The position numbers and the translations under genes were made by a program. The notes beneath the pieces were generated by a model that worked only from the letters and a program-made list of their open reading frames with translations, made no database searches and had not been told where the DNA came from. DNA of 64,000 nt from Paraspadella gotoi (Eukaryota; Animalia; Chaetognatha), in the NCBI GenBank assembly GCA_051294375.1, contig CM119266.1, positions 6,899,431-6,963,430 on the forward strand. Reading direction: 5' to 3'. This document shows positions 26,701-37,860 of this stretch, piece after piece (positions within the stretch are counted from its first letter, which is position 1; each line of letters starts with the position of its first letter).

Positions 26701-28297
26701 AACAATTATCTAACTAATTTTTTCGATCAAATCATTTTATCGTTCTCACGTTAGAACCCGTCGTTGGTAAGAAGAGATTATATCACGTTGAAGTGATAAA
26801 CTATCACATTGAAGTGATGAAAAAATATCTCGTTGAAATGATAAAAAGTATCACCGTGACGTGATTTTGCGCACACGAAATGCGATCTCGTTCTCCTTTG
26901 GCTTATTACGATATAATTAATGCCGGATAATTTTCTTTTAATAGATATTTCAATTGGGTGGTTTGATTTTCGAAATTGAATCTAAATCCATTTTTTTGGA
27001 TTTGTTGTCAGCGGGTACTCGAGGTTTTAATACGTTCTTAATCCTTTTAATTTATAATTTATAATTACGTATACTCAATAAATTAATTTAACATATAACA
27101 AAATAGTAATTAACAATTGTTAACAAACGTTTTTCTTGCCGTCAATCTCCCTCCTAACGCCCCCCCCCAAAATCTGTTGTCCGTTCAGAACATGATGTCA
27201 ATTCGATCTTCCATGTCGAGTTTGTCATCTTTGCCGGCACATGACAGATTTGACAGAGCCTCGAGTCCCCATCGATCACAGTATTATAATCGCTACGGTA
27301 TCCAACATACGATGCTCTAATTTCATGATGTATTAAATTAATTAACTCTAGGGAAACGCATGATTTTTTTTTTTCAAAGTTCGAAAATTTTCTACTGTTT
27401 TTCTACCTTTTTTCATTGAGCTGTGAAGGTACAGGAAAAGACACCTGAAAGCTGACCTCATGATTGCGTTAGTGACATGTCTATGAATTGTGACTCGTTG
27501 ATTGACTTGACTGACACAGAGATAAACATAAAGAAACACAATGAGTATAAAGATAATGATAATGAACATTTTTCATGTCAAAACATTTCTCTTTTTTCTT
27601 TCAAAATCAAATTGGTTTTAATTTTTCTCATCGATGGATTTAAATTCCTATTTGTTTCTTTTTTTCTCTAGATTCTTTATTATTTTTTTCAGGAGTCCCC
27701 ATGATGCCCATGGGCTACGGCACCATGCCCATGATGATGGCCCCACCCACGATGATGATGGCGCAACCGACCATGATGATGGCGCAACCGGTGAGTTCAG
27801 TAACGTCACGTCCGATTTGATGGCGTAACTTTGGAAACCTTTAAATTTTAATTGTGTTTTACGTAGTTGATTTTTATCACTATAGTGAATAGTCGTAGAA
27901 AATTAGGCGGAAGATGATTAAATCAAAAATTTGAATTATACATAATTATACGTCCATAATAATTCTAACGAAAGTTTGTGATTTTTCTCGACGGCCACGG
28001 CAGCCAAATTGGTTCGACATGTTTAATTACGTAAGAGAGTTCGATTTTATAAATAAATGAACAAAGTGACAAAAAAATATTTTGGTGTTGGTTTTTCTCT
28101 TTCCCTCGGAATTCTCATTTCTTACTTTCTGTCTGTCTGACTCTGACGGTATCTGATTTTTTTTTCGAAAACTGTTAGACAATCTGTGTATTATACAATT
28201 TTATGAAACAAATTTTATCAATTTGTTTTTTTAAAAAAATGTTAATCTGTCTCAAGGGTATCGTCATTTTAGGAAAACGCATTAATACGAATTGTCT

Positions 28298-28343
<46 letters not shown>

Positions 28344-28663
28344 CTTCCAGATGATGACTCCGCAGATTGATGGCGCCGCAAATGGTCGTCAACCCCTACG
28401 GCACCTTGCCGGCCCAGACTCAACCCCCGCCCCCCGCGCCGATGTCCCCAACGCCGTCCACCATGAGCACCGTCATCGATACGGAGACAGCGACTCAGCA
28501 ACTCAAGCGAAGCATGGTAAAAAATGTGGGACATGGGCGGAAGGGCATGGTGGAAAGGAAAAGAAGAAAGAATTTAATTTAATTTAGATTACTTTTAATT
28601 AGTTTGGGAGAAAGAACAAACTCAAGGGCTGAGAGTATATCAGAACATGAATAATAATATTAG

Positions 28664-28750
<87 letters not shown>

Positions 28751-29236
28751 AGCACGTGGAAGAGAACGTGACAGAAATCAACCGACAAATGGTGAACGGC
28801 GGCGGATACGGTGGCATCGAGAGTAGTGGAGGTAAGTGAAAGCGGTGAAAGATTTTAAAAGTCGGCTTGATTGCAGTTGTTCCTCAAAATTTTTAACTTT
28901 AAACTTTTATCATTCATTAAACTACTACGCCATTTTATTTCCTCCGTCTATTCTCCTACAACGTTTCCTGCCATTTCATTATCATATTTTATTTTCCCGC
29001 TCTATTTTCCGATTGTTCAATTTTCCAGTTCCTTTCGCTAATTTCATTCTCTCATTTCCTTCTAACATTTCATCCTCTCATTCCATTCTAATTTTATAAC
29101 ATTCCATTCTCTCATTCCATTCTCCCAATTCATTACATGATTCTCCCATTTAATTCTCCAGGTGATCGATTACGACACGGGCGACGTCCTTGACGTTATC
29201 GACGTCGTCGAAGAAGAACTGGAGGTCGCGACTTGA
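42..29236 (+). CDS. Type-III classical cadherin (DN-cadherin/N-cadherin-like), 5'-partial, multi-exon
   Basis: Phase-consistent exons: 42-198, 1170-1364 (FDFEQQ...SDSGTP...DENDN), 2521-2680, 3011-3146, 3395-3542, 4469-4632, 4873-5026, 5382-5493, 5779-5971 (EGF CKCPPGFNGPRCQ), 6476-6616 (LamG1 INDGKWHHL), 6764-6866, 7195-7296, 7378-7478, 7590-7680, 13268-13428, 13689-13812, 14242-14482 (LamG2 VADGEWHHL), 14752-14915, 15066-15235 (EGFs). The TM exon is misassembled. Cytoplasmic exons: 20717-20791, 24372-24725, 24905-25141, 26214-26411, 27189-27297, 27693-27790, 28351-28516, 28753-28831, 29162-29236; the junction into 27189 is not phase-resolved. Domain order EC-NC-EGF-LamG-EGF-LamG-EGF-TM-CBD follows Drosophila CadN. 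A few 1-nt indels must be assumed. Confidence 0.93.
465..470 (+). CDS. Candidate 6-nt cadherin microexon (adds DG)
   Basis: ttttcggttttag|ATGGCG|gtaagt lies in the phase-1 intron 199-1169. It preserves frame, has a consensus donor, and has a TGC in the upstream pyrimidine tract. Confidence 0.6.
1869..1880 (+). CDS. Candidate 12-nt cadherin microexon (adds GGDD)
   Basis: ttgtgcag|GGGGTGACGACG|gtaagg lies in the phase-1 intron 1365-2520. It is a GC-rich island in an AT-rich intron and preserves frame. Confidence 0.62.
3820..3834 (+). CDS. Candidate 15-nt cadherin microexon (adds GLPSV)
   Basis: ttttttttattcag|GTCTTCCTTCCGTCA|gtgagt lies in the phase-1 intron 3543-4468 and preserves frame. Confidence 0.62.
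8037..12982 (+). CDS. Array of about 15 symmetric phase-1 microexons inside the inter-LamG EGF region of the cadherin
   Basis: Clean AG/GT-bounded, 3n, stop-free units: 8037-8066 (30), 8424-8462 (39), 8553-8597 (45), 8708-8761 (54), 8863-8907 (45), 9007-9042 (36), 9179-9223 (45), 9486-9530 (45), 12056-12082 (27), 12141-12164 (24), 12839-12859 (21), 12935-12982 (48). Imperfect units: 9341-9384 (44) and 11779-11831 (53) are each 1 nt short, and about 11883-11927 has a degenerate acceptor. Confidence 0.75.
12181..12724 (+). mobile_element. Internally deleted Tc1/mariner-like DNA transposon relic
   Basis: Terminal inverted repeats CACATGTGTGTAAAA (12181) and TTTTGCACACATGTG (ending 12724), with TA on the left flank. 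The degenerate internal peptide FIEDRA...SPDCNIIKNVWS resembles the Tc1 QDNA...SPDLNPIENLW DDE motifs. A related fragment lies near 56435-56555. Confidence 0.7.
16940..17024 (-). CDS. Start of the cadherin TM exon, inverted by misassembly
   Basis: On - the sequence cccgcag|A TAC AAA GGA CCT CAG TGC reads (G)YKGPQCTEELIEVVTYLDWW. This completes the EGF that ends CDCYTTG at 15235 in phase 2. The noisy copy at about 18430-18285 continues into a hydrophobic helix, approximately WWVLGAVVLGAALG..LLCSIA. Confidence 0.75.
17631..20280. other. Noisy gap-fill sequence (raw-read-like) with foldback; duplicates cadherin exons
   Basis: Flanked by 25-N gaps. 19050-20280 is an indel-rich reverse complement of about 14160-15350. 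18340-19050 is a noisy copy of 16950-17605. 17631-17750 and 17815-17947 are reverse complements of each other. Confidence 0.85.
20306..20640 (+). repeat. Degenerate tandem repeat of about 100 bp (about 3 copies)
   Basis: gtttgagtggggaaaggccaagcgtggtttgggggg...aagaaaaagaagag recurs at 20306, 20405 and about 20501. Confidence 0.8.
23290..24041 (-). other. Noisy inverted duplicate of about 20670-21470 (probable assembly artefact)
   Basis: Indel-rich reverse complement of the 20717-20791 exon and its flanks, abutting a 25-N gap. Confidence 0.8.
24905..25141 (+). CDS. Cadherin cytoplasmic beta-catenin-binding domain exon
   Basis: EMGRFIMSQLLDMDHDSSWFPGDAGLVYQDEGDGSIAESLSSLST aligns with the E-cadherin segment [45 protein letters not shown]. 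Confidence 0.9.
25165..26123 (+). repeat. Near-identical direct duplication of about 430 bp across a gap
   Basis: 25165-25602 closely matches 25693-26123, and the copies are separated by a short unique segment and a 10-N gap. Probably allelic or an assembly duplication. Confidence 0.8.
26755..26766 (+). CDS. Candidate 12-nt cytoplasmic microexon (EPVV)
   Basis: ttctcacgttag|AACCCGTCGTTG|gtaaga lies downstream of the phase-1 donor at 26411. Confidence 0.45.
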
Positions 29237-31114
29237 CGTTATTCTGGCCAAATTGACGTCGCCCCGGCCGCAATGACGCCGTCCCGGCCGCAATGACGTC
29301 ACCCCGGCCGGAAATGACGTCCCCCCCTATATCCCGTCATTTTAAAGTCGCGAAAGAATTTTCAAAAATCTCATTTTTTTTCTCATGCGTTGTTCTTTTT
29401 TTTTTCTAATTATTTTGATCTGACGCCTCAAAAAAAATATATATCTTCTCTCAACTCATCTCAAAATACGAAAACAAATGATCATTAGAAATTCTAAATG
29501 CACAAAAAATATTTTTTTTACCTGTACAATGTTTTCGTAGTAATATTCTTTCTTCCCTTTACGAGTGGAGAGATGTATAATTTATATATATATATATATA
29601 TCTTCTTTGAATTTGTGAGTCATCTCATATTTCATATCTAATGAAATATTTCTTTTCTGTTTTTAACTGGTTTATATTTAGTCACCATTTCTTATTAATC
29701 CAGTTAAGTCCCTAAGTGCCAATAATTATCGTTAGAAGGGCTGTGTCCACTGTCCACTGTCCAGGAATTTTTTTAAAAAATACAGTATTTTACTAATTGT
29801 TTCGTTTCGTGAAAATAAAAATGTTTTGAGTAGTTTTTATCATTATTTATATCAAACCTGTTAACACATTTTTAAAAATAACTCAACACAAATCGGGCGT
29901 TTGACTACAGATAATCTGACTCTTTCTTTTAACGCCTGTGCCTTTCTCTGTTAACAGACGCGCATGGTTAATATTTAGAATTTCTAGTTTGAATATAACC
30001 AGTTACATTATTTTTGATCAACCGTGATGAATTCAGGCTTCAATGCGGATAACTATATTTTTTTAAAAAATACTTATCAGTCTTCCATCGTGCTCGGCTG
30101 GTTCTTGCTCTACATTTGGAAGAGGCTTATGGAAACTTACTTCCATTTTTGCAGGCTTTTTACGATATTCTTAAACTAAAAATTAAAAATCTAAAATTAT
30201 AGATTACTAAACAGTTGAGTTTTCCATTCGCTCTTTCACTTTATGATGTGATTTTTTTTATTTTTTACATACGCACCATTATAAGGCTTATGTTATTCTA
30301 TATAATTAGTTCCAAATCGTATAAATGTTTCGACCTGTATCGTTTTGGTTTGATCGGGAACATCGCTTCAGCATCATTTTTGTTTAACTCTTTGTTTTGC
30401 TTCATTTTGGAAATAGTTTACTTAAAAAAAACAAACATTTTGTACAATGCAACGTGTCGACCGCGGACGCGAAAATTAGAAACCTTCGATGCTCTTTTGT
30501 TGAAGTTAGATTTCGAGCGCCACGGTCCGTGCTCCGTTTAAACTTTCCAAACACGAAACTTCCATTGTTTTAATTGTTTTTGTTTTTGTTTTTTTTTTTC
30601 GCTGAACTTCGTTCATTAAACTGAATAGTCTGCACCTCGGGTTGAAAGTTCGAAGGATATTACTATCTGGCGAAATAGTTTACGTGTATTAACAATGCGG
30701 TAATATATCACTAGTTTATTTCACGCCTTAGCGAATCTCTACGAAGGAATATTTGACAACTCGTGTTTTCTGTGATATCTTCGGAATGCAGCATTTATTG
30801 ATTGTGTTTCCGGCGTACATATTGTACATATCGTGAAATGGTTAAGATTTTATTAAAGTTGTTACACTGTTTGACTTGCTTTTTATTTTTAATTCCATAT
30901 TTAATTAGATCTTTCTTTTTTTCCTTCTTCTACCGTTTTATACTTGACTGGACCAGACTCGGCTTGGTTTTTCAATCAATTCTGTTGAAGAGACAGTAAT
31001 TATTGATAAGTGTTAATGACAGAACCGTTCAATATAAGCAGTCCCTGAGCTTCGGATCAGGCTGTAACAACATGTTACAGGCGGGTTAAGCGCCCCGTCC
31101 CTCTTAACTGCCAG

Positions 31115-31200
31115 TCGACCACCGGGCTAGAACCCCGGACCTTTGGGTTGGGAGGTGAATGACTTGCCTCCGGCACCAATGGCCGCTGATGAACGGTTGG
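31115..31200 (-). mobile_element. Possible tRNA-derived SINE fragment
   Basis: The reverse complement has the B-box-like ggtccggggttctagcccggtgg but no intact cloverleaf. Similar B-box-like fragments occur near 36290 and 42560. Confidence 0.3.
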
Positions 31201-32750
31201 TGGATTTTAGTCCACCATACTGTTATTTTTGAAGCTGCTTATACGAACCTAGTAGATTAGGTAAAATACCTGTTCGTTGTCTGGGTAATGGGTATGTATA
31301 ACTCATTAAGTGTAAAGGGACTTTGTGGATCTTCCTTCGCCACACCCTATTTACGTCTTTGCTGCCCTCGTATTTTAGGGTAGAAGAAATACGGTAAAAC
31401 TGTAAAATTGTTGTTTTACCTCGTCAATAGTAATTGTTTGACCTCGTCAATAGTAATTGTTGTTTGACCTCGTCAATAGTAATAGTCTCAATTTCGCGAC
31501 TTCGCTATTTTTTAGAATTGTAGATAATATAATAATATAATATAATATAATATAAGATACAACCACAAAAAAAGTTTGAAAAAGTCAGAAGGTAAGCTTA
31601 ACCAAAAAAAGTGGTCTCTTGATTTAAAATCACGTTTCTTGTTTTATCGTTATATCAATCACTTTTGAATAGGCAGGAAAATAATAATTAATGATGGTCG
31701 ACGATTTTTCCGCAACCCGGTTTCTCTAGATACCGATCACGTTGCCGAATTTTAGTGATTTCGTTCAGGTTTTGTATGTCAAAGAATTTACGAAGATTGA
31801 AAATAAAATTAACTGGATTTTAAAATCGATTGATAAAGTCTAAACTGATGCAAATAAATTAACGATATATAAAATAAATATTTTTTTTATGATTTGACTG
31901 AAATCCTTGAAAGTTTGTTACAACCCTGGTGAAAAAAAAAGGTTGTCTTCATCAGTGTGGTCTCTTCCGCAGTCCATACTCCAACGTCCAGTCTTGATTT
32001 TCAAATAACAGTTATTAGTATTAAATAAATAATAGTAATAATTATAATAAATGTGTGGTAATCACTTATTGCAAAATCTGATTTATAACAGGTTTATCAG
32101 TCAAAGAGGAGGTCATTTACCTCACCTGACACTTGACATGAAATTTGGTAAGCGCTTCAGACAATTATCGAGAGAAAGAAAAGTAAAAAAGTGGCATTAC
32201 TTACCTCAAACAGTACTAAAGGCACGAAACACCATAAAACTGAAAGAAATAAGAAAACTCAAAATTCAAATGTAGTCTGAACATTGAGAATTGAGTAAAA
32301 TAATAAGCTTTTTACTAGCCTTACTTCAAATTCATTTGCATATTATAATTTTTTAAAACGATGGCGAGAGTTCTATAGAAACGGCATTAAGTCCTATCGC
32401 CACAACGAGTAAAAAAGAAAAGCATTTATATATTATTTTCATTTGATCACTCGACTAGACGTTAGACATAAGACAGAAACAATTATGAAACATTTGCATT
32501 AAAATTATCTCTCAGTACCGGTCTACAAAATTGATTGACAAAATTAACGAGTTTTATTTTACTTAAGCCGTTTGAATGTCTCTCTCTGGCACGTGTCGTC
32601 TTATCTTTTAAAAAGAAACTTGTTTTTTTCTTTTTTTTGGTTTCCACTCACGTTTCATGAACTTGGCAAATCTCTGGAAAAACTAATGTATCTCTCAATG
32701 ACTATTGTTTATCATAATTTAAAAAAAATGATGTTCTGAAAAATAAAACA

Positions 32751-35269
32751 ATGAAAAAGGACATTTTTGTCATCATAATTCTCATACTTGCTGCGGGTAA
32801 GTAATATTCATTTTTTTTCTCATGTAAAACTATTAAAGTATTAAATGTTTTTTTTTCGAATTTCAAATTCATAACTCACCTTATGACATAAGGTGAGTTT
32901 TGGTTTTGATTATAAAACTTATATATAAACTTGAATTTACCTTTTTGGAAATTTAATCATATTAATTTCCAAAGCTATCTATATTTAAACCTTTTACTTA
33001 TATTGTTTTAACTAAGAGAATTTTATCCATTATTTCAATTTTTATTTTTTTACACAGATACGGACTGCCACAAATCCAAGAACACCGTATATAAAATTAA
33101 GGAATTTTACAGACAAGGTAAACTTTCTTGATGTTAATTAATCATTATTTAAATATTCAATTATATCAATTAATATTAGTACTTCATAAAATTAAAAACG
33201 TCAAGAGACAGCCACTTACCTCTCTCTTCCTCTTCCACGCCCCCCCTCTTCCAGACCCATGTTACCTAGAATGCGAGTCCGGCCAAGAGTCCCTCCACAG
33301 CCTCCAATTCTTCACCATCACAGACAAACGCGTCTGCTTCTCCAAACCTTTCGTCAACCCCCCCGCCTTCACTTGGGGCATCACCAAGGCCGTCGACGTC
33401 GAAACCATGGGCCCCACTTGGGCCAACGTCTGGCTCAAGAGTGGCGTCGACCGAAAAGGCGCCGACATGGGCGTCATGGTCCACGACAGCGGAAACAAGA
33501 ATAATCAAGTGGAATTTTCTTGGATGGCCTGCGGGTATACAAGAAGAAGGAGAGGGTGGAACTGGAAAGCCAAAAAAAAGGGAGGGAAGGGGAAAAAGAA
33601 AAAAGGAAAGGGAAAGAACAATGATAAAAAAGGAAAAAACAAGGGAGGAAAGGGAAAGAACAATATTGAAAAGGGAAAACACAAGGGAGGAAAGGGAAAA
33701 GACGATAATAAAAAGGGAAAGAACAAGGGAGGAAAGGGAAAAGAACAATATTGAAAAGGAAAACACAGGGAGGAAAGGGGAAAAGAACGATAATAAAAAG
33801 GGAAAGAACAAGGGAGGAAAGGGAAAGAACAATATTGAAAAGGGAAAACACAAGGGAGGAAAGGGAAAGACGACGATAATAAAAAGGGAAAAAACAAGGG
33901 AGAAAGGGAAAGAACAATATTGAAAAAGGGAAAACACAAGGGAGGAAAGGGAAAGAACGATAATAAAAAGGAAAAAACAAGGGAGGAAAGGGAAAAGAAC
34001 AATATTGAAAAGGGAAAACCAAAGGAGAGGAAAGGGAAAGAACGATAATAAAAAAGGAAAAAACAAGGGGAAGGGAAACGGCAAGGAGGAAAACACGATA
34101 ATAAAAAAGGAAAAACAAAAAGGGGAATACAGGAAAATTCACAAGGGAGGAAATGGAAAAGATGATATTGATGAAAAACACAAGGGAAAAAATGGAAAGC
34201 ACCATCATCATAAGGGAAATCACAAGGGAGGAAAAGGAAAAGATGATGATGATGATGATGATGATGATAAAACACAAGGGAAAAAATGGAAAGCACCATC
34301 ATCATAAAGAGGAATCACAAGGGAGGAAATGGAAAAGATGAGATTGTATGATGATGATGAAAAACACAAGGGAAAAATGGAAAGCACCATCATCATAGGA
34401 AATCACAAGGGAGAAATGGAAAAGATGATGATGATGATGATGAAAAACACAAGGGAAAAAAAAGGAAAGACCATCATCATAAAAGAAATCACAAGGGAGG
34501 AAATGATGAAAAGATGATGATGATGATGATGATGATGTAAAACCACGAGGGAAAAAATGGAAAGCACCATCATCATAAAGGAATCACGAAGGAGGAAATG
34601 GAAAAGATGATGATGATGATGATGATTGATGATGAAAACACAAGGGAAAAAATGGAAAGCACCATCATCATAGGGAAATCACAAGGGAGGAAAATGGAAA
34701 AGATGATGATGGATGATGAAAAACACAAGGAAAAAAATGGAAAGCACCATCATCATAAGGGAAATCACAAGGGAGGGGAAATGGAAGATGATGATGTGAT
34801 GAAAAACACAAGGGAAAAAATGGAAAGCACCACTCATCATAAGGGAAATCACAAGGAGGGAAATGGAAAAGATGATGATGATGATGAAAAACACAAGGGA
34901 AAAAAATGGAAAGCACCATCATCATAAGGGAAATCACAAGGGAGGAATGGAAAAGATGATGATGATGATGAAAAAACACAAGGGAAAAAATGGAAAGCAC
35001 CATCATCATAAGGGAAATCAACAGGGAGGAAATGGAAAAGATGATGATGATGATGAAAAACACAAGGGAAAAAATGGGTAAAGCACCATCATCATAAGGG
35101 AAATCACAAGGGAGGAAAGGGAAAAAGGGCAGAGGAGACAGAAGAGGGGGGAAAAGAAATGAAGAAGGAATGGGCAAAAATTGATATGATGGTAAAAGGG
35201 AAAGTTGATGGTGTGAAGGCGAATGATGAAAGTAAAAAGGATGAAGAAAGAAGACGCGAATTATTATAA
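32751..35269 (+). CDS. Secreted H-type lectin domain protein with long Lys/Gly- and His/Asp-rich repetitive C-terminal tail
   Basis: Exon 1 (32751-32796) encodes the signal peptide MKKDIFVIIILILAA. Exon 2 is 33058-33117. Exon 3 starts at 33255 with CFSKPFVNPPAFTWGI...VEFSWMACG, an H_lectin-like pattern. It runs into the repeats GGKGKNNIEKGKHK and GGNGKDDDDDEKHKGKNGKHHHHKGNHK, then a unique tail ending ...DEERRRELL* at 35269. AATAAA follows near 35440. Homopolymer indels break the frame within the repeats. Confidence 0.72.
33570..35120 (+). repeat. Coding tandem repeat: about 42-bp units grading into about 84-bp units
   Basis: Recurring units cacaagggaggaaagggaaagaac and aaaaatggaaagcaccatcatcataagggaaatcacaagggaggaaatggaaaagatgatgatgat. 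Confidence 0.9.
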
Positions 35270-37860
35270 GTCAATGGGGGAAAAGAAAAGTTGAGAGCAG
35301 AAGAGAAAATTGTGAGAGTGGAGTGTTAACATTAAATTAATATGTACATAAATAATACATATGCATATTTTAAAAGAATACATGAACTTATTATTACAGA
35401 CTTCTAACAATTTCCATCGTTTTTGATCTAGACTAAAAAATAAATGTTCATTGCCAACACGATTTTTCAGCGAAAGAAGAAAGAAAGAAGGAAGAATGAG
35501 AGAGATAGGATTTGAGATTATGAGTGAAATAGCGAGACAGTTCGAATTTCAATCATGCTGAGTGAGTCATGAATCAAATCATGAAAGTTTATTCGTTCAC
35601 ATACAATTTTAAAACTAAATAGTGAAATTGACAGTGAATTCCTTTGATAGTATCAGCTTAGTAATGAATTGAAACAAGTAATAAATATACGTTAATAATT
35701 TTGGAATCGGGAACGAATGTTCGAGACAAGACGTCGACCCAATTAGCCGCTTGGATTGACGCAACCGGCAATAATTGAGAAGGTTTTTTCTATTTTTTCT
35801 TCACGTTTTAGTATTTCTTGAGTTTTTTAATTTATAAATACAATAATAGTTATTTTAAATCTAAAAAATACTAAATAAAAAAAATAATTTCAAGCTAGGA
35901 TAATTAGTTTAAAACAAAAACCTATAAATGTGGGAGATAAAATTGCATGGAGAGACGAAGCTAAGTTTTGTTTATGGAATTATAAAATTATATTATTAAA
36001 ATTAGGACTTTGGACAGGCTTTGGTGGTTTAAGGCCTCCATCACTCTTACAAGATAATGACATAGCAGGTCCCTGCAAGCTTTCAATTAAAACTTTATCA
36101 CAGTCTCGTTTATTCACTCCCAGAGTACCTGGCTTCCCTATCAATGAAGTGTTATTATATTATACTAAAACAAGTAAGTTTTTCTTCAATTCAAATTTAA
36201 AGGAAAAAGCTATTCAAGGAACGTTAGCATAACGGGCTTTGGACCTGCAGTGACCAGCCCATGTCACTGGCATGTATCACACCATGACCGTGAGGGGATT
36301 GAACCCGGAACTCACTTAGCTGGCCAAACCAACGGTACGAGCTGTAAGGGAGGTGAATTTATGATTCCCCACAATATCATCTTTTTTCCGAAAAGCAATC
36401 ATGGAAGAGTACAGAGTGGTCAACTTTTTCTCGTTAATACGAATTAAATAAGGCTTAGATATCGGCAAAACGTCAAAGCACCTTTTTGAGAGACTTTCTG
36501 TCTGCCTTCAGCGCTAGAACGGGGACCTGCTTGCTTCCCGAAATCCCGTGATTGAGTTGCCGTCTCATGTGGACGGAGTTGCTTGACTTTGTCCCCTGAT
36601 CTTTTTCTTTTTTATTTTCATTTTTTGTTCACATTTATTACATAAGATATTTTTGCAACCATTATCGCAATTATTTGTTTGCTCTGTTTTCTTTTCAGAA
36701 AAAAATATTAAATAAGTTCGTCCATCGGGCAGCAATAAAGACTCGCTCGGCAAGCAAAGGAGTCAACCATTACGACTTTAAAGTTGATTCGTTTTTTAAC
36801 CATTTTAACCATTTTTTAACCATAACCTGTAGTCAATAGTCATTGTATCTCCCCCCTGAAAATTCAGATTTTCTCCGAGTTAAAAATCCAAAAAGAAAAA
36901 AAAATGACATTCTGCCCTACTTTGATCTTTATTGCTTAATTGGTTTTCGAAACGAGTAAAACTCGATTGAGAAAAGATTCGAGTCAAGGTAAAAAAATCT
37001 TTTTTTGCTTCGGAGCGTTTTTGCTTTAGTTCGCTCATAGACATAGTAACATTTACTATGTTTACATTGGGTTTTTTTCCTCAGGTCGAAGAACTTTGCA
37101 GCTGTTTACTTTACGGCACGGCGCTGTTTTTGATATTAAGTGGGGAAAAAATAGTATATAATTTGCAATTTTTCATATAAAATATTCAGTAAATATTTAT
37201 AAAAATTAAATTGTTTCCCAAAGGAACGAAGGTCATAATTACTAAATTACTAATTAGTAAATTTTAAGCACAGCAGCTCAATTTACTCAGGAACAAACCG
37301 AGAGCACAACATCAACATCAACATCGAGTTTTCAAACATTTTTACCTAAAAAACTTTTTTTCTTTCGATTTCGAGTTATTGATGCGCGATGTCCCTGGTT
37401 TAAAGTTTACGATTAAAACACAATCGTCATCATCTTCATCATCATCAACCATGATCGATCTCTCTCGATCTTAACCCAGTCCGCGATGAATGATGAACCG
37501 AGCCTCGACGTGCGAGCGCAAACTCGCGTTCAAACTCATCCTCCGCCTTGAGCTCCGATGATTCGAATCGCTCTACATCTCTTTAGGATCGCCTCGTGGC
37601 TTCGCCAGTCAATGTAAATCGCTTTAAATCGCGATTAGAATCGTTGTGAATCGCTTGGCCACCGAGTTCGGATTCATAACCCCGTGCACGAAGAATCGGA
37701 GAATCAGTACGTGAATTTTGAACAACAACCACAACAACATTCAACAGTGCAACAACGTGCAAACGACTAGTCAAGACTCGAGCAAGAATTTGCTTTTTTA
37801 AAAAATTCATCTTGCAAAATCAAAATCATTTTACTTTTTCACGGACTTAAAAAAAAAAAT

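Noticed and set aside
28351-28831. Programmed frameshifting or pseudogenisation of the cadherin tail
   Set aside because: Single-base indels occur in several unrelated genes in this window, consistent with an unpolished consensus.
33266-35177. Long hydrophobic Phe-rich ORFs on the minus strand
   Set aside because: These are antisense shadows of the purine-rich Lys/Gly repeat.
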